Of a stretch of DNA of 64,000 nt, positions 1 through 9,746 are shown one piece after another. This stretch comes from a bacterium (GTDB lineage Bacteria > Acidobacteriota > HRBIN11 > JAKEFK01). Below the pieces are notes generated by a model. That model worked only from the letters and a program-made list of their open reading frames with translations, did not search any database and was not told the origin of the DNA. Each line of letters begins with the position of its first letter. The first letter of the stretch is position 1. Location: positions 2,371-66,370 of the forward strand of contig JAKEFK010000048.1 of the NCBI GenBank assembly GCA_022616075.1, given 5' to 3'. The translations under genes were made by a program, and so were the position numbers.

Positions 1-195
1 CTCGCAAATGATCCCGAGCTGCTTCTGGCGGACGAGCCAACCGGAGAATTAGATGCAGCAACCGGTCTTGAAATCGTTAGCCTGTTTCAACGTTTTCACG
101 AAAACGGCCTCACGATCGTAATGGTCACTCACAACCCGGACCTGGCCGCTTCTGCAAAACTGATTCAACACATGCGAGATGGTAAATGGGAATAG
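1..195 (+). CDS. ABC transporter ATP-binding protein, C-terminal part (LolD/MacB type), truncated by the window edge
   Basis: Frame 1 reads LANDPELLLADEPTGELD...TIVMVTHNPDLA...MRDGKWE*, giving Walker B/D-loop and H-loop; not in the ORF track. Confidence 0.9.
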   Translation, partial: LANDPELLLADEPTGELDAATGLEIVSLFQRFHENGLTIVMVTHNPDLAASAKLIQHMRDGKWE

Positions 196-1601
196 CCTGG
201 CTTCTTCTGCAAAGAACATTTGCAGCCAAACCAAAACGAACGTTGCTGTTCTTGCTGGGATACGGGCTTGCAACTGCAGTGATGGTGACTCTTCTTGCGG
301 TTGGAGAAGCCGTCTTGCAGCAGGCGCGCGATAAGAATTTGTTTGGTGGTGGAGACCTGATTCTCGTGCCACAGGGGATCGATCTGGAAAGCATGAAAGT
401 GGGTGGAATCTCTGCGCTTTACTATTCGATTCCGCAGGCGCGATTCATTGTCCGCCAGTTTCTACAGAGCAGCCGCTTTGAGAATGAAATCGATAGCGTC
501 TCGCCCTACATAGTTCCTAAACTTGCTTATATTCGACAGGTGGGCAAACGGGAACCTCCGCTTCACGCTTTTGCTGAAGGGTCCTTGCCGGATCAGGAGA
601 ATCGAATCAAGAATCTTCATCTACCCTGGCATAACGATTCGCGGGACAATTCGTGGCTCAAGCCTCCGGTCCCCGATTTCTATCATGAGCTCGATCGATT
701 TCACCTGCCCTCCATTGATTCCCCGGACATGAAAAGATGGTCGGAATGGCACTACTTCAATTTTGAATCAGGTTCGTTCCATGGCTATTTGAGCATCATG
801 GTCGCTGGCGACATACTTCAAAATCAGGCTGTCTGGATCGTCAGTTTGCGGATGTATGACGGAAAATATCGTCGGTTCGAGAATATATATCCGGCCTTTA
901 ACGACTCCTTGCCTCTGAAGAAAATTGATTACAGCGCAGGCCCGAATCAGATTCGTTATGAAAAGGATCATTATGAAATAACTTTGAATTTTACCGATCA
1001 GGTACCAGTAGAAGGAAAGCTGTTGTATTACCCTGCTGAGGGTCTGTATGTTCCCCCGACTTTTCTTGCGCGCAGAAGCGACTTCGAATCAGGTTATGTG
1101 ATTCCTGCGATCCGCGGAAAATACCAGGGAAGCATTCGCATCGGTAACACGAGCTATGACTTTGACGGAATCGAAGGCTACCATGATCACAACTGGGGAA
1201 TCTGGAGACAGATAGAATGGAACTGGGGGCATGCTCGCTCGGAAGAATTCGCAATATTTTTTGGCGAGATCTATCTGGAAAACAAAAGCAAAGGTCTGTT
1301 CGCAGGTGTTTACGACTCGAAAGGTTTTGTCACGTTATTGCGTCCGGAACGCATTCATTTTTCTGATTACCAGAAAACCACCGATGGCCTTACGGTTCCC
1401 CTGTCTTTCAAGATGGAAGCTCAGAAACGCTTCAGCTCCATGACGCTTTCGGCAAAAGCGGATCGATTTGTTACTACTGCATTAGAAGGCCAGATCCTTC
1501 ACTTTGTTCAATACAAAATGACTTACGACGTAAAGCTTCAGATCGACGGCAAAAAACATCATTTCAAGGCCACCGGAAACGCAGAAACCTTTGTGAAATA
1601 A
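186..1601 (+). CDS. ABC permease-like N-terminus fused to an AttH/CrtC-like lipocalin domain
   Basis: N-terminal TM with the RTLLFLLG...GGGDLILVP MacB/FtsX-like start; WSEWHYFN and GYHDHNWG motifs; overlaps the ATPase stop. Confidence 0.65.
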   Translation: MGIAWLLLQRTFAAKPKRTLLFLLGYGLATAVMVTLLAVGEAVLQQARDKNLFGGGDLILVPQGIDLESMKVGGISALYYSIPQARFIVRQFLQSSRFENEIDSVSPYIVPKLAYIRQVGKREPPLHAFAEGSLPDQENRIKNLHLPWHNDSRDNSWLKPPVPDFYHELDRFHLPSIDSPDMKRWSEWHYFNFESGSFHGYLSIMVAGDILQNQAVWIVSLRMYDGKYRRFENIYPAFNDSLPLKKIDYSAGPNQIRYEKDHYEITLNFTDQVPVEGKLLYYPAEGLYVPPTFLARRSDFESGYVIPAIRGKYQGSIRIGNTSYDFDGIEGYHDHNWGIWRQIEWNWGHARSEEFAIFFGEIYLENKSKGLFAGVYDSKGFVTLLRPERIHFSDYQKTTDGLTVPLSFKMEAQKRFSSMTLSAKADRFVTTALEGQILHFVQYKMTYDVKLQIDGKKHHFKATGNAETFVK

Positions 1602-1651
1602 ATCGCCCTGGATTCGGAAAGAAATCACGCCAGGTGCTAAACTAATGAAAG

Positions 1652-2890
1652 ATGTATTCGCAAAATGTACTGACAATGATTCTTGCGGGTGGGGAAGGAA
1701 CTCGCCTCTTCCCATTGACTCGCGATCGTGCAAAACCTGCTGTGCCCTTCGGCGGGCGCTTCCGGATCGTTGATTTCGCCCTGAACAACTTTGTGAACTC
1801 CGGATTTCTGAAAATCAAAGTCCTGACTCAGTTTAAATCCGATTCATTGAACGTTCATCTATCGAAGGCCTGGCGACTCTCCGCCACTCTGGACCAGTAT
1901 GTGGATGCTGTGCCGGCGCAAATGCGCAGAGGAGAGCACTGGTACCGTGGCACCGCAGACGCCGTCTATCAGAACCTCAATCTGATTTTCGATGAAGAGC
2001 CGGACTATGTTTGTGTCTTTGGAGGCGACCACGTTTACAAGATGGACGTCCAGCAAATGTTGGATTTTCACAAAGAAGTGAACGCTGATGTAACCATCGC
2101 CGCGATCCCTGTTCCGGCCTCCGAATCGAGGCAATTTGGAATTATTGAAGTGGACTCTGAGTGGCGGGTGATCGGCTTCGAAGAAAAACCTCCCGTCGGC
2201 AAGACGATTCCCAACAATCCGGGATATGTTCTCGCATCGATGGGGAATTACATTTTCAACCGTCAAACTCTCATTAGCGAACTTGAAGAAGATGCTCTTC
2301 TTCAAGATTCGGCGCACGATTTCGGCAAAACGATTTTCACAAAGATTTTTCATCATTACCGTGTTTACGCTTATGACTTCTCAAAGAATGTGATCCCCGG
2401 TTCTGAAGAAAAAGAAGTTGGATACTGGCGTGATGTGGGAACCATTGATTCCTATTTCCAGGCAAATATGGATCTCATCGCTGTCGATCCTGTATTTAAT
2501 CTCTACAACTATCGCTGGCCTTTCCGAACTGTTCATTACGATTATCCCGCTGCAAAATTTGTGTTTGCGAATTTCGCAGAAAAGCGGACCGGTATCGCCC
2601 TGGATTCCATGGTTTCGGAGGGCTGCATTGTCAGCGGTGGCGTTGTGAACCGTTCCATTCTTTCTCCGCGGGCTATGGTTCACAGTTACACCAAAGTGGA
2701 TGATTCGATACTCATGCATAGCGTGGATATCGGACGCTACGCAAAGGTTAAGAACGCGATTATCGATAAGGGGGTCAAAATACCCCGGGGATGTGAAGTC
2801 GGTTACGACCGGAATGCGGATCTCCAGCGCGGCTTTCATGTTTCGGAAGGCGGTGTTGTGGTTGTTCCGAAAGGAACTGTGTTGGATTGA
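1652..2890 (+). CDS. glgC: glucose-1-phosphate adenylyltransferase
   Basis: ILAGGEGTRLFPLT, RAKPAVPFGG, WYRGTADAV, FEEKP, ASMGNYIF, YWRDVGT. Confidence 0.97.
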   Translation: MYSQNVLTMILAGGEGTRLFPLTRDRAKPAVPFGGRFRIVDFALNNFVNSGFLKIKVLTQFKSDSLNVHLSKAWRLSATLDQYVDAVPAQMRRGEHWYRGTADAVYQNLNLIFDEEPDYVCVFGGDHVYKMDVQQMLDFHKEVNADVTIAAIPVPASESRQFGIIEVDSEWRVIGFEEKPPVGKTIPNNPGYVLASMGNYIFNRQTLISELEEDALLQDSAHDFGKTIFTKIFHHYRVYAYDFSKNVIPGSEEKEVGYWRDVGTIDSYFQANMDLIAVDPVFNLYNYRWPFRTVHYDYPAAKFVFANFAEKRTGIALDSMVSEGCIVSGGVVNRSILSPRAMVHSYTKVDDSILMHSVDIGRYAKVKNAIIDKGVKIPRGCEVGYDRNADLQRGFHVSEGGVVVVPKGTVLD

Positions 2891-2891
2891 C

Positions 2892-2945
2892 AGTAGCGCG
2901 GACGTCTCGTCTGCAGCTCTTCGCAGGCGGGACGCCCGTGCTACT
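2892..2945. repeat. REP-like palindrome, family A (GTAGCGCG...CGYGCTAC)
   Basis: AGTAGCGCGGACGTCTCGTCTGC...GCAGGCGGGACGCCCGTGCTACT; six copies in the window; lies between convergent genes. Confidence 0.85.
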
Positions 2946-2949
2946 TTGT

Positions 2950-3324
2950 TTACTTTTCTTTTAATGCGAGCAGTTCGCGGGCGACAAAGATGAGGCGTTC
3001 ATTGTTAAACGGTTTTGCAATGTAAACATCCGCCTCCGACTGCAATCCTCTGTCCCAATCCTGTGGCATGTCTTTAGCTGTTAAAAATGCAATAAAGATG
3101 TTTCTTGTTGCGGGATCCTTTTTCAATAACGAACACGCCTCAAAACCATCCATAACCGGCATTAAGATATCCAGAAAGATCAGGTCCGGTTTTTCCTTTC
3201 GCGCTTTCTCTACAGCTTCCTTTCCGTTTCGGGCGCTTTCAACTTCATAGCCAGCATCGCGAAAAATCATCATCAGAAGATTCCGCACATCATCTTCATC
3301 GTCAACGACAAGAATTTTTGGCAT
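2950..3324 (-). CDS. single-domain response regulator (REC)
   Basis: MPKILVVDDE, LDILMP, FLTAK, KPF; start moved to the ATG at 3324. Confidence 0.92.
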   Translation of the reverse strand: MPKILVVDDEDDVRNLLMMIFRDAGYEVESARNGKEAVEKARKEKPDLIFLDILMPVMDGFEACSLLKKDPATRNIFIAFLTAKDMPQDWDRGLQSEADVYIAKPFNNERLIFVARELLALKEK

Positions 3325-3422
3325 TTTGTGAGCTGAGTTTTTCTCTCGCGGCAGTGAATCGAGTGCTATATTATCATAAACCGGGCCTCGCTTCAGCGTG
3401 AGCATGTTATACTTTCTTCAGG

Positions 3423-5525
3423 ATGCGTGGGGGACGTAGCAACTACGGGCTACCAGCCAATTTTTACCACTGGCTCACCGGAATCATAGGATTTATCCTC
3501 GTTATTTTCTTCTCGATCCGTTCCCCTTTTCCCGCTCAGCCCACGCCTCTTCATGTGTTTTCACTGTTTCTGATGATGCATGTGATTGCATCCTTTCTGA
3601 ATTTTCAATACGCCCGAATGAACGTGGTGATAACGTTCGGATCCTCATTTATTACGGCAGCTTTGTTGGTTTTCGGGGCCGTACCTGCGATCTTGGTTGC
3701 CGTAAGTGGCATCGTAATTGGCTCGGTCAAACGAATGATCGAACGGCACTGGATATTGCGTAAAAAGATTCCTCTCAGCTACGAACTTGGAATCGTTGTG
3801 TTTAACAGTGGAATGATCGGGCTGATGTGGCTAACTGCCAGCTGGATTTATATTTACCTGCTGCAATCTGAGCTTCCCCTCATACATCTCACGGTTCGGA
3901 ATATTCTCTGCATCATTCTGATGTTCCTTGGCCTGAGTCTTCTAAACGGCGTCCTCCTTTTCTTTTCAAACTATTTGCGCAATCAACAGAGGCCAATTGA
4001 ATACGTCAGGAAAGGATTGATTCCTGCTTTCTTTACGGAGTTTGCAGCAATACCGTTCGGAGTCGTCATGGCCCTGTCTTACAACCGGATGGGAATTCTT
4101 GCTTTTCTCGTGCTCAGCTCCACTTTGCTGATTGGAAATATTGTTCTGAGACGTCTGAGCTCGATCCGGTATGACCTGGAAGACAAGTTGCGCCATCTTA
4201 CATCACTGAATCGTGTGAGCAGACAAATTATTACTCTGCGAGACCAGGATGCGGTTATGAACTTGTTGTTCGAGGAATTGAGCCTCGTGACCGAAACCGA
4301 TTGCTGGTTTATTGCAGAAGTGGATAAATGGAGATCGGTAAACCTTTTGAAAGGCAAAGAACCGCAGAAAGAGTCCTTCATAAAACTAGCGGCTCATGTG
4401 GTACGATCCCGTCAACCATTGTGGATTTCAAATACCCAGAAGGATGCACCGGAAGAGTTAAAGCAATCCTTGCTTCAGGACGATATCCATTCCTGTATCG
4501 CATCGCCGTTGGTGGTCGCCGACAAAATCCATGGAGTTGTTTCCGTGTACAGTGACGAAGCATCCGCCTTTAAACATGAGCTGATGCAGGTTCTCGTCAT
4601 GATCGCCGATGAAACCGCTTTAGCGCTTGAAAACGCAAAGCTGTATGATGTTCTAACCGAAAAGGTAAACGAATTGGAGCGATTGAATACAGAATTGCGT
4701 CAGGTGGACACGTTGAAATCCGTATTTCTGGCCAACGTTTCGCACGAGTTGCGCACGCCGCTCACCTCGATTAAGGGTTATGTGGAATACATAAAAAAGG
4801 AAAAATTGGGACCACTGACTGCGATGCAAAGTGAAGGACTCAGCGTTGCGCAGCGAAATATTCTGCGTTTGCAGCGCTTGATTAATGATCTTCTCGATTA
4901 CACAAAACTGGAATCGAAAAAAGCGCCCATCCAGCTGCGTCCCTGCAGATTGGAAAATATCTGGGCAGATGTCTATGAGCAATACGCAGACTTAATTGAA
5001 AAAAGAAATCTTGAAGTTCAGGTTCGCATACCTCTGGATCTTCCTGTGTTGTTCGTGGATATCCAGCGATTCACTCAGGTATTGACGAATCTTCTCAGCA
5101 ATGCAATTAAATTTACGGGAGATCAGGGAAGAATCAGAATCGCGGCGCAGGTGATTCATCATCCCGGACCGTTCTACCATTTCGAAACATACACGAGCAA
5201 CTGCATCGTAGAGGCGTTAACGCCGGTAGAGATTACTGTCAGCGATGACGGAATCGGAATTCCTGCTGATGCTCTTCCCAGAATCTTCGATCGCTTTTAT
5301 CAAGTCGATTCCTCTCATACCCGGAAGTATGGCGGCACGGGGCTAGGCCTCGCGCTGGTTAAATCGATACTGGATGCGCATGGAATCCCGATCGAAGTAC
5401 AAAGTAAAATTGGTTTTGGAACGACGTTTGGAATGGTTGTACCTTCCCTGCAAGCAGCGGATCTCCCCGCGGCCGTAAAACCAAATAAACCGGAAACAGT
5501 TTCCTCGCCCAAGTATCTGACATAA
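3423..5525 (+). CDS. multi-TM sensor histidine kinase (membrane domain-GAF-HisKA-HATPase)
   Basis: About 7 hydrophobic segments; [10 protein letters not shown]-box, NLLSNAIKF, DDGIGI, GGTGLGL. Confidence 0.93.
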   Translation: MRGGRSNYGLPANFYHWLTGIIGFILVIFFSIRSPFPAQPTPLHVFSLFLMMHVIASFLNFQYARMNVVITFGSSFITAALLVFGAVPAILVAVSGIVIGSVKRMIERHWILRKKIPLSYELGIVVFNSGMIGLMWLTASWIYIYLLQSELPLIHLTVRNILCIILMFLGLSLLNGVLLFFSNYLRNQQRPIEYVRKGLIPAFFTEFAAIPFGVVMALSYNRMGILAFLVLSSTLLIGNIVLRRLSSIRYDLEDKLRHLTSLNRVSRQIITLRDQDAVMNLLFEELSLVTETDCWFIAEVDKWRSVNLLKGKEPQKESFIKLAAHVVRSRQPLWISNTQKDAPEELKQSLLQDDIHSCIASPLVVADKIHGVVSVYSDEASAFKHELMQVLVMIADETALALENAKLYDVLTEKVNELERLNTELRQVDTLKSVFLANVSHELRTPLTSIKGYVEYIKKEKLGPLTAMQSEGLSVAQRNILRLQRLINDLLDYTKLESKKAPIQLRPCRLENIWADVYEQYADLIEKRNLEVQVRIPLDLPVLFVDIQRFTQVLTNLLSNAIKFTGDQGRIRIAAQVIHHPGPFYHFETYTSNCIVEALTPVEITVSDDGIGIPADALPRIFDRFYQVDSSHTRKYGGTGLGLALVKSILDAHGIPIEVQSKIGFGTTFGMVVPSLQAADLPAAVKPNKPETVSSPKYLT

Positions 5526-5891
5526 ATGCCAAAGAAAATACTGATCGTAGATGACGAAGAAGACATCGTTAATCTCGTTAGAATGATTTTGGAAGATGCC
5601 GGATATTCCGTGGCCTCCGTTACTGATGGAAGAGAGGTATTAGCACGAGTCGCCACCGATCATTTTGATTTGATCTTGCTGGATATCATGATGCCCTTCC
5701 TGAGCGGATGGGAAGTTTTAGAGGCGATGCGCGCCAAGGAAGAAACGAGAAACATTCCGATTGCTCTTTTGACCGCGCGGGCGTCACCACGGGAAGACAA
5801 TCAGCCACATCCAACAGACTATTGCGATTACATCACCAAGCCATTTGAACCGGATGATTTGCTGCGTAGAATTCGCCAGATTCTGGCATAG
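5526..5891 (+). CDS. single-domain response regulator (REC)
   Basis: ILIVDDE, LDIMMP, LTAR, KPF; abuts the kinase stop. Confidence 0.93.
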   Translation: MPKKILIVDDEEDIVNLVRMILEDAGYSVASVTDGREVLARVATDHFDLILLDIMMPFLSGWEVLEAMRAKEETRNIPIALLTARASPREDNQPHPTDYCDYITKPFEPDDLLRRIRQILA

Positions 5892-5908
5892 ATGAAAGTT
5901 TGTGAACG

Positions 5909-5964
5909 AAGTAGCGCGGGCGTCCCGCCTGCGAGGAGCTGCAGCCGCGACGGCCGCGCTACTT
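5909..5964. repeat. REP-like palindrome, family A
   Basis: AAGTAGCGCGGGCGTCCCGCCTGC...GCAGCCGCGACGGCCGCGCTACTT, between convergent genes. Confidence 0.85.
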
Positions 5965-5967
5965 TGA

Positions 5968-6459
5968 TTAAAGCATCTGCTGGATTTTTTGTTCGAAGAC
6001 TTCGCGGGGTTGAACACCAAGAATCTTATCGACTTGCTTGCCTTCCTTATCGAAGAAAATGGTGGTCGGCAAGGCCCAAACACCTCCGAATTTTTCTTCA
6101 GTGTCTTTGCCTTTTAGAAAAGAACTATACTCAAACGGCAATTCCTTCATAAAGGGTTTTACGATGGAAGCTCCTTCTTCATCCGTGGAAATGCCCACAA
6201 TCACAAGTCCGCGCGAAGAATACTTCTTGTGCAGTTCATTTAGCATCGGAATTTCAAACCGGCAAGGACCGCACCATGTTGCCCAGAAATTGATGATCAG
6301 TGGTTTTCCACGGAACTGAGCCAAATCGACCGGGGCGCCATCCAAATCCTTCAGCTCTACCTCGGGCAAATCCGAGACTTTCACGGGTTTTTTGCAATAA
6401 GAAACGAAAAAAACAAGAGAGAGCAGTATCACAAAAATCGCAATGTGAGATGTTTTCAT
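5968..6459 (-). CDS. TlpA/ResA family thiol-disulfide oxidoreductase
   Basis: N-terminal anchor, INFWATWCGPC, ALPTT. Confidence 0.92.
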   Translation of the reverse strand: MKTSHIAIFVILLSLVFFVSYCKKPVKVSDLPEVELKDLDGAPVDLAQFRGKPLIINFWATWCGPCRFEIPMLNELHKKYSSRGLVIVGISTDEEGASIVKPFMKELPFEYSSFLKGKDTEEKFGGVWALPTTIFFDKEGKQVDKILGVQPREVFEQKIQQML

Positions 6460-6516
6460 AGATAGGTCTTTTCCGAGCCTATATTATAATAAGTTTACTC
6501 GAAGTAAAGTCTAGTC

Positions 6517-7230
6517 ATGAGACGCCTCAAGGATAAAGTAGCTGTCATAACCGGTGGCAGTAAAGGTATTGGAAAAGCCACAGCAGAAGCACTGGCCCGC
6601 GAGGGTTGCCACGTAGTTCTTGCAGCGCGTCACGAAGAGGAGCTCAAGAAAACTGCGCGCGAAATCTCCCGATTGAATGTAACAGTTCTAACTTTCAAAG
6701 CTGATGTGCGTAAGTGGAAAGAAGTAGAAAGCCTCGCAGCGAGAGTCCAGGAAAAAATGGGCACACCACAGATTCTGATCAACAACGCGGGTATCGGAAG
6801 ATTTGGTGAAGTCACAAGCATGAACGAAGAAGATTTTCGGGCAACGCTGGAAACGAATTTATTCGGCGTGTTTTATTGCAGTAAAGCATTTCTTCCGGGC
6901 ATGATTCAAAACCAAGAAGGACACATCGTTAACATCTCTTCGCTGGCAGGCAAGAATTCCTTTCCGGGAGGATCAGCCTATTGTGCTTCAAAGCATGGTC
7001 TGATTGCTTTCGCGGAATGTTTGATGCTGGAAGTGCGACATCACAACATTAAAGTCTCCACCATCTGTCCGGGAACTGTGCAGACAGAGTTTTCCAGCCA
7101 AACAAAGGACAAATCCTGGGCGGTAACGGCGGAAGATGTAGGACAGGCGGTTATTGATGTACTAACCACATCCGCCGGCTCTCTGATCAGCATGGTCGAT
7201 CTCCGGCCACTCCATCCCCCGAAAAGGTAA
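6517..7230 (+). CDS. short-chain dehydrogenase/reductase
   Basis: TGGSKGIG, NNAG, YCASK catalytic motif. Confidence 0.95.
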   Translation: MRRLKDKVAVITGGSKGIGKATAEALAREGCHVVLAARHEEELKKTAREISRLNVTVLTFKADVRKWKEVESLAARVQEKMGTPQILINNAGIGRFGEVTSMNEEDFRATLETNLFGVFYCSKAFLPGMIQNQEGHIVNISSLAGKNSFPGGSAYCASKHGLIAFAECLMLEVRHHNIKVSTICPGTVQTEFSSQTKDKSWAVTAEDVGQAVIDVLTTSAGSLISMVDLRPLHPPKR

Positions 7231-7243
7231 GAGATTCTAAACG

Positions 7244-7306
7244 AAGTAGCGCGGCCGTCACGGCTGCGAGAGCTAAGAAGACGCAGGCGGGACGCCCGCG
7301 CTACTT
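7244..7306. repeat. REP-like palindrome, family A
   Basis: AAGTAGCGCGGCCGTCACGGCTGCG...CGCAGGCGGGACGCCCGCGCTACTT, between convergent genes. Confidence 0.85.
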
Positions 7307-7316
7307 TGTTCTATCG

Positions 7317-8129
7317 TTATTCGTTGAGACTGCCGGTGCGATAACCTTCGAGATCAAGTGTTACAAACTTAAACCCTAGAGATTTGAAATGGGCAACAAT
7401 TGTATCGAACAAATCTTCCTCCCACACGCGTTTCATTTCCTGGGGGGCGAGTTCAATGCGAACGATTTTGTCATGGTGTCGCACACGTATCTGCCGGAAA
7501 CCTAACGATCGAAGAAAATCTTCACCCAGTTCCACCGTTCTTAGCTTCTCCACTGTAATGAATGATTGGTGCGGGATTCGTGACGATAGACAGGCAGAGG
7601 CGGGAATATTCCAGGTTGTGAGACCCGCCAACCTGGAACGGACGCGAATCTCCAACTTCTTCATCCCTATCTCAACGAGTGGACTTCTCACGCCGTGCAA
7701 TTCAGCGGCCTGTCTACCCGGGCGAAAATCGGAAATATCGTCGGCATTTGTCCCATCCACAATCACGTCGAATGCTCGAACACCCGCAATCTCTTTGAGC
7801 ACACCATAAAGTTCATCCTTGCAATGAAAGCAGCGATCGGTATTGTTCGTGCGAAATGCGTCCTTTTGCATTTCTTCCGTGTAGATGATTTCGTATGGAG
7901 CTCCGATGATTTTCACATTCTCCAGCGCAGAATCCTTTTGAACCTGTGGAACGGTTTCGGAGAATGAGCTGACGCCGAGAACGCGATTGCCAAACACGCG
8001 ATGCGCGGCATACAAGACGTATGTGGAATCGACGCCACCGCTATAAGCAACGAGCGCGTTGCGAAACTGGCCAAACCATGCCACCAGCTTCTGCTCCTTC
8101 TCCGCCGCAAGTTTTTCGAGTTCACTCAT
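7317..8129 (-). CDS. larE: LarE-family ATP-dependent sulfur transferase (PP-loop)
   Basis: AYSGGVDS PP-loop, RCFHCK, DGTNADD..FRPG, SACLSSRIP, LDLEGYRTGS. Confidence 0.9.
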   Translation of the reverse strand: MSELEKLAAEKEQKLVAWFGQFRNALVAYSGGVDSTYVLYAAHRVFGNRVLGVSSFSETVPQVQKDSALENVKIIGAPYEIIYTEEMQKDAFRTNNTDRCFHCKDELYGVLKEIAGVRAFDVIVDGTNADDISDFRPGRQAAELHGVRSPLVEIGMKKLEIRVRSRLAGLTTWNIPASACLSSRIPHQSFITVEKLRTVELGEDFLRSLGFRQIRVRHHDKIVRIELAPQEMKRVWEEDLFDTIVAHFKSLGFKFVTLDLEGYRTGSLNE

Positions 8130-8132
8130 ACA

Positions 8133-9170
8133 TCACCTAAAATGCTGAAAACCCTCTCCCATAGGATACTTCCGGCCATCCGCTTCAATCACCTGTATGC
8201 CTTCCGATTGCGCAACGATCAGCCCGATTTCATACAACGTTATTTTCAGTGGTTTGGTCCTTCTCAGGAAGATTTCGCGAAATTTCTTACTAACTGTGAA
8301 AAGCAAATGGTAATCTTCTCCGCCATGCAGCGCAAGAATTCTTGGATCACGGTTTCTTTTTCGCTCCCAGTACAAGGCTGCCGGTGCAACAGGTAGCTTT
8401 TCCATCTCCACCTGCGCGCCCACTTTGCTCTCACGGCAAATTTCAGCAAGATCTGACGAGAGTCCATCACTCAAGTCAATCATGGAAGTGACCGTGGCCG
8501 ATTGCGCAAGCTTCTGCGCAAGTTCCACAAGACAGGGCGGATCAATATGGCTCATGATAGCTTCCGTAACAAAATGAGAATCTCGTTGTCCCTCGGGAAA
8601 GATCAAACCATTCCCGAGCAGGCGAAAACCTTCCTTCAAGAGGTTCAATCCCACTGCCGAACTCCCAAGCTGGCCGCTCACAAAAATGGAATCTCCGTTC
8701 CGGGCGCCGTCTCGCTGCACTATTTTGTTTTTTGCAACCGAACCGATGAGAGTAACGTCAACAAACAACTGAGATGATGCCGAAACATTTCCACCAATCA
8801 AATGCAGATTAAGATCCTTTGACACGGAATTCATTCCTTCGTAAATGTCTTCGATCGCCTGAACGGGTGTGTCGGGTGGCAGACCGAGAGAAACAAGGTA
8901 ATAGTTCGGCACGCCTGCCATGCTGGCAATATCGCTGAGATTAACCTTAATCGCCTTTCGCCCAACGTAAAAGAACGGCATATATTCCCGTCGAAAATGA
9001 ACTCCCTCGATCAACGAATCAACTGTATACAAGTGGTAGGACCTTCCGCCCGGGTCGATAACGGCCGTATCCTCGGAGAAAGTCCGAACAATTTCTCCCG
9101 CACTTCCCATGTACTTCTTGAGCTCCTGCAACAGTTTTTTTTCTCCAATTTGATTCAGGGTTTGCGTCAT
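8133..9170 (-). CDS. thiL: thiamine-monophosphate kinase
   Basis: DSLIEGVHF, NLSDIASMAG, IDLSDGL, GGEDYHLLFT, GFQHF C-terminus. Confidence 0.93.
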   Translation of the reverse strand: MTQTLNQIGEKKLLQELKKYMGSAGEIVRTFSEDTAVIDPGGRSYHLYTVDSLIEGVHFRREYMPFFYVGRKAIKVNLSDIASMAGVPNYYLVSLGLPPDTPVQAIEDIYEGMNSVSKDLNLHLIGGNVSASSQLFVDVTLIGSVAKNKIVQRDGARNGDSIFVSGQLGSSAVGLNLLKEGFRLLGNGLIFPEGQRDSHFVTEAIMSHIDPPCLVELAQKLAQSATVTSMIDLSDGLSSDLAEICRESKVGAQVEMEKLPVAPAALYWERKRNRDPRILALHGGEDYHLLFTVSKKFREIFLRRTKPLKITLYEIGLIVAQSEGIQVIEADGRKYPMGEGFQHFR

Positions 9171-9314
9171 GACCTCTTCATTATATCCTTCGCGATAGTC
9201 ACATCTCGTGGGCTATACTTATTTGCGATTGTAGTCATCTATGCTATAGTGGCAATCAGTAAATAGCGGCCGATAAATCACCAGAATGCGGTTGAGGAGG
9301 GAACTTCACAGTCC

Positions 9315-9746
9315 ATGGCAGGTGCCGAATACGAAGTTGATCTTATTATCAACAGCAATTATAAGTTCATAGATATTGGCCACGATCTCGTTAAATACCT
9401 CTGCAATCTGATCGGCTTTGATGAGGATACAACCCACTGGATTATTCTTGCCGTTCGAGAAGGAATCAGCAACGCCATCAAACACGGAAATAAAGGCGAT
9501 CTCATGAAGAAAGTGGTCGTCAGAATGAGCTATGAGAACAACGAACTTTCCGTGATCATCGAGGATGAAGGGGTCGGCTTCGATCCTGCGCAGGTCCAAA
9601 ATCCTTTGCTGCCCGAAAATCTTTTAAAGTCGACCGGTCGGGGCATTTTCTACATGAAGAGTTTTATGGATGGGGTTGAATACGAATTTAAAAAGAAGAA
9701 TCACGGCACTGTTCTAAGAATGAAGAAGCATCTTCAGCCGGCATGA
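9315..9746 (+). CDS. RsbW-like anti-sigma factor / HATPase_c kinase
   Basis: EGISNAIKHGN, DEGVGFDP, GRGIFYMKSFMD. Confidence 0.9.
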   Translation: MAGAEYEVDLIINSNYKFIDIGHDLVKYLCNLIGFDEDTTHWIILAVREGISNAIKHGNKGDLMKKVVVRMSYENNELSVIIEDEGVGFDPAQVQNPLLPENLLKSTGRGIFYMKSFMDGVEYEFKKKNHGTVLRMKKHLQPA

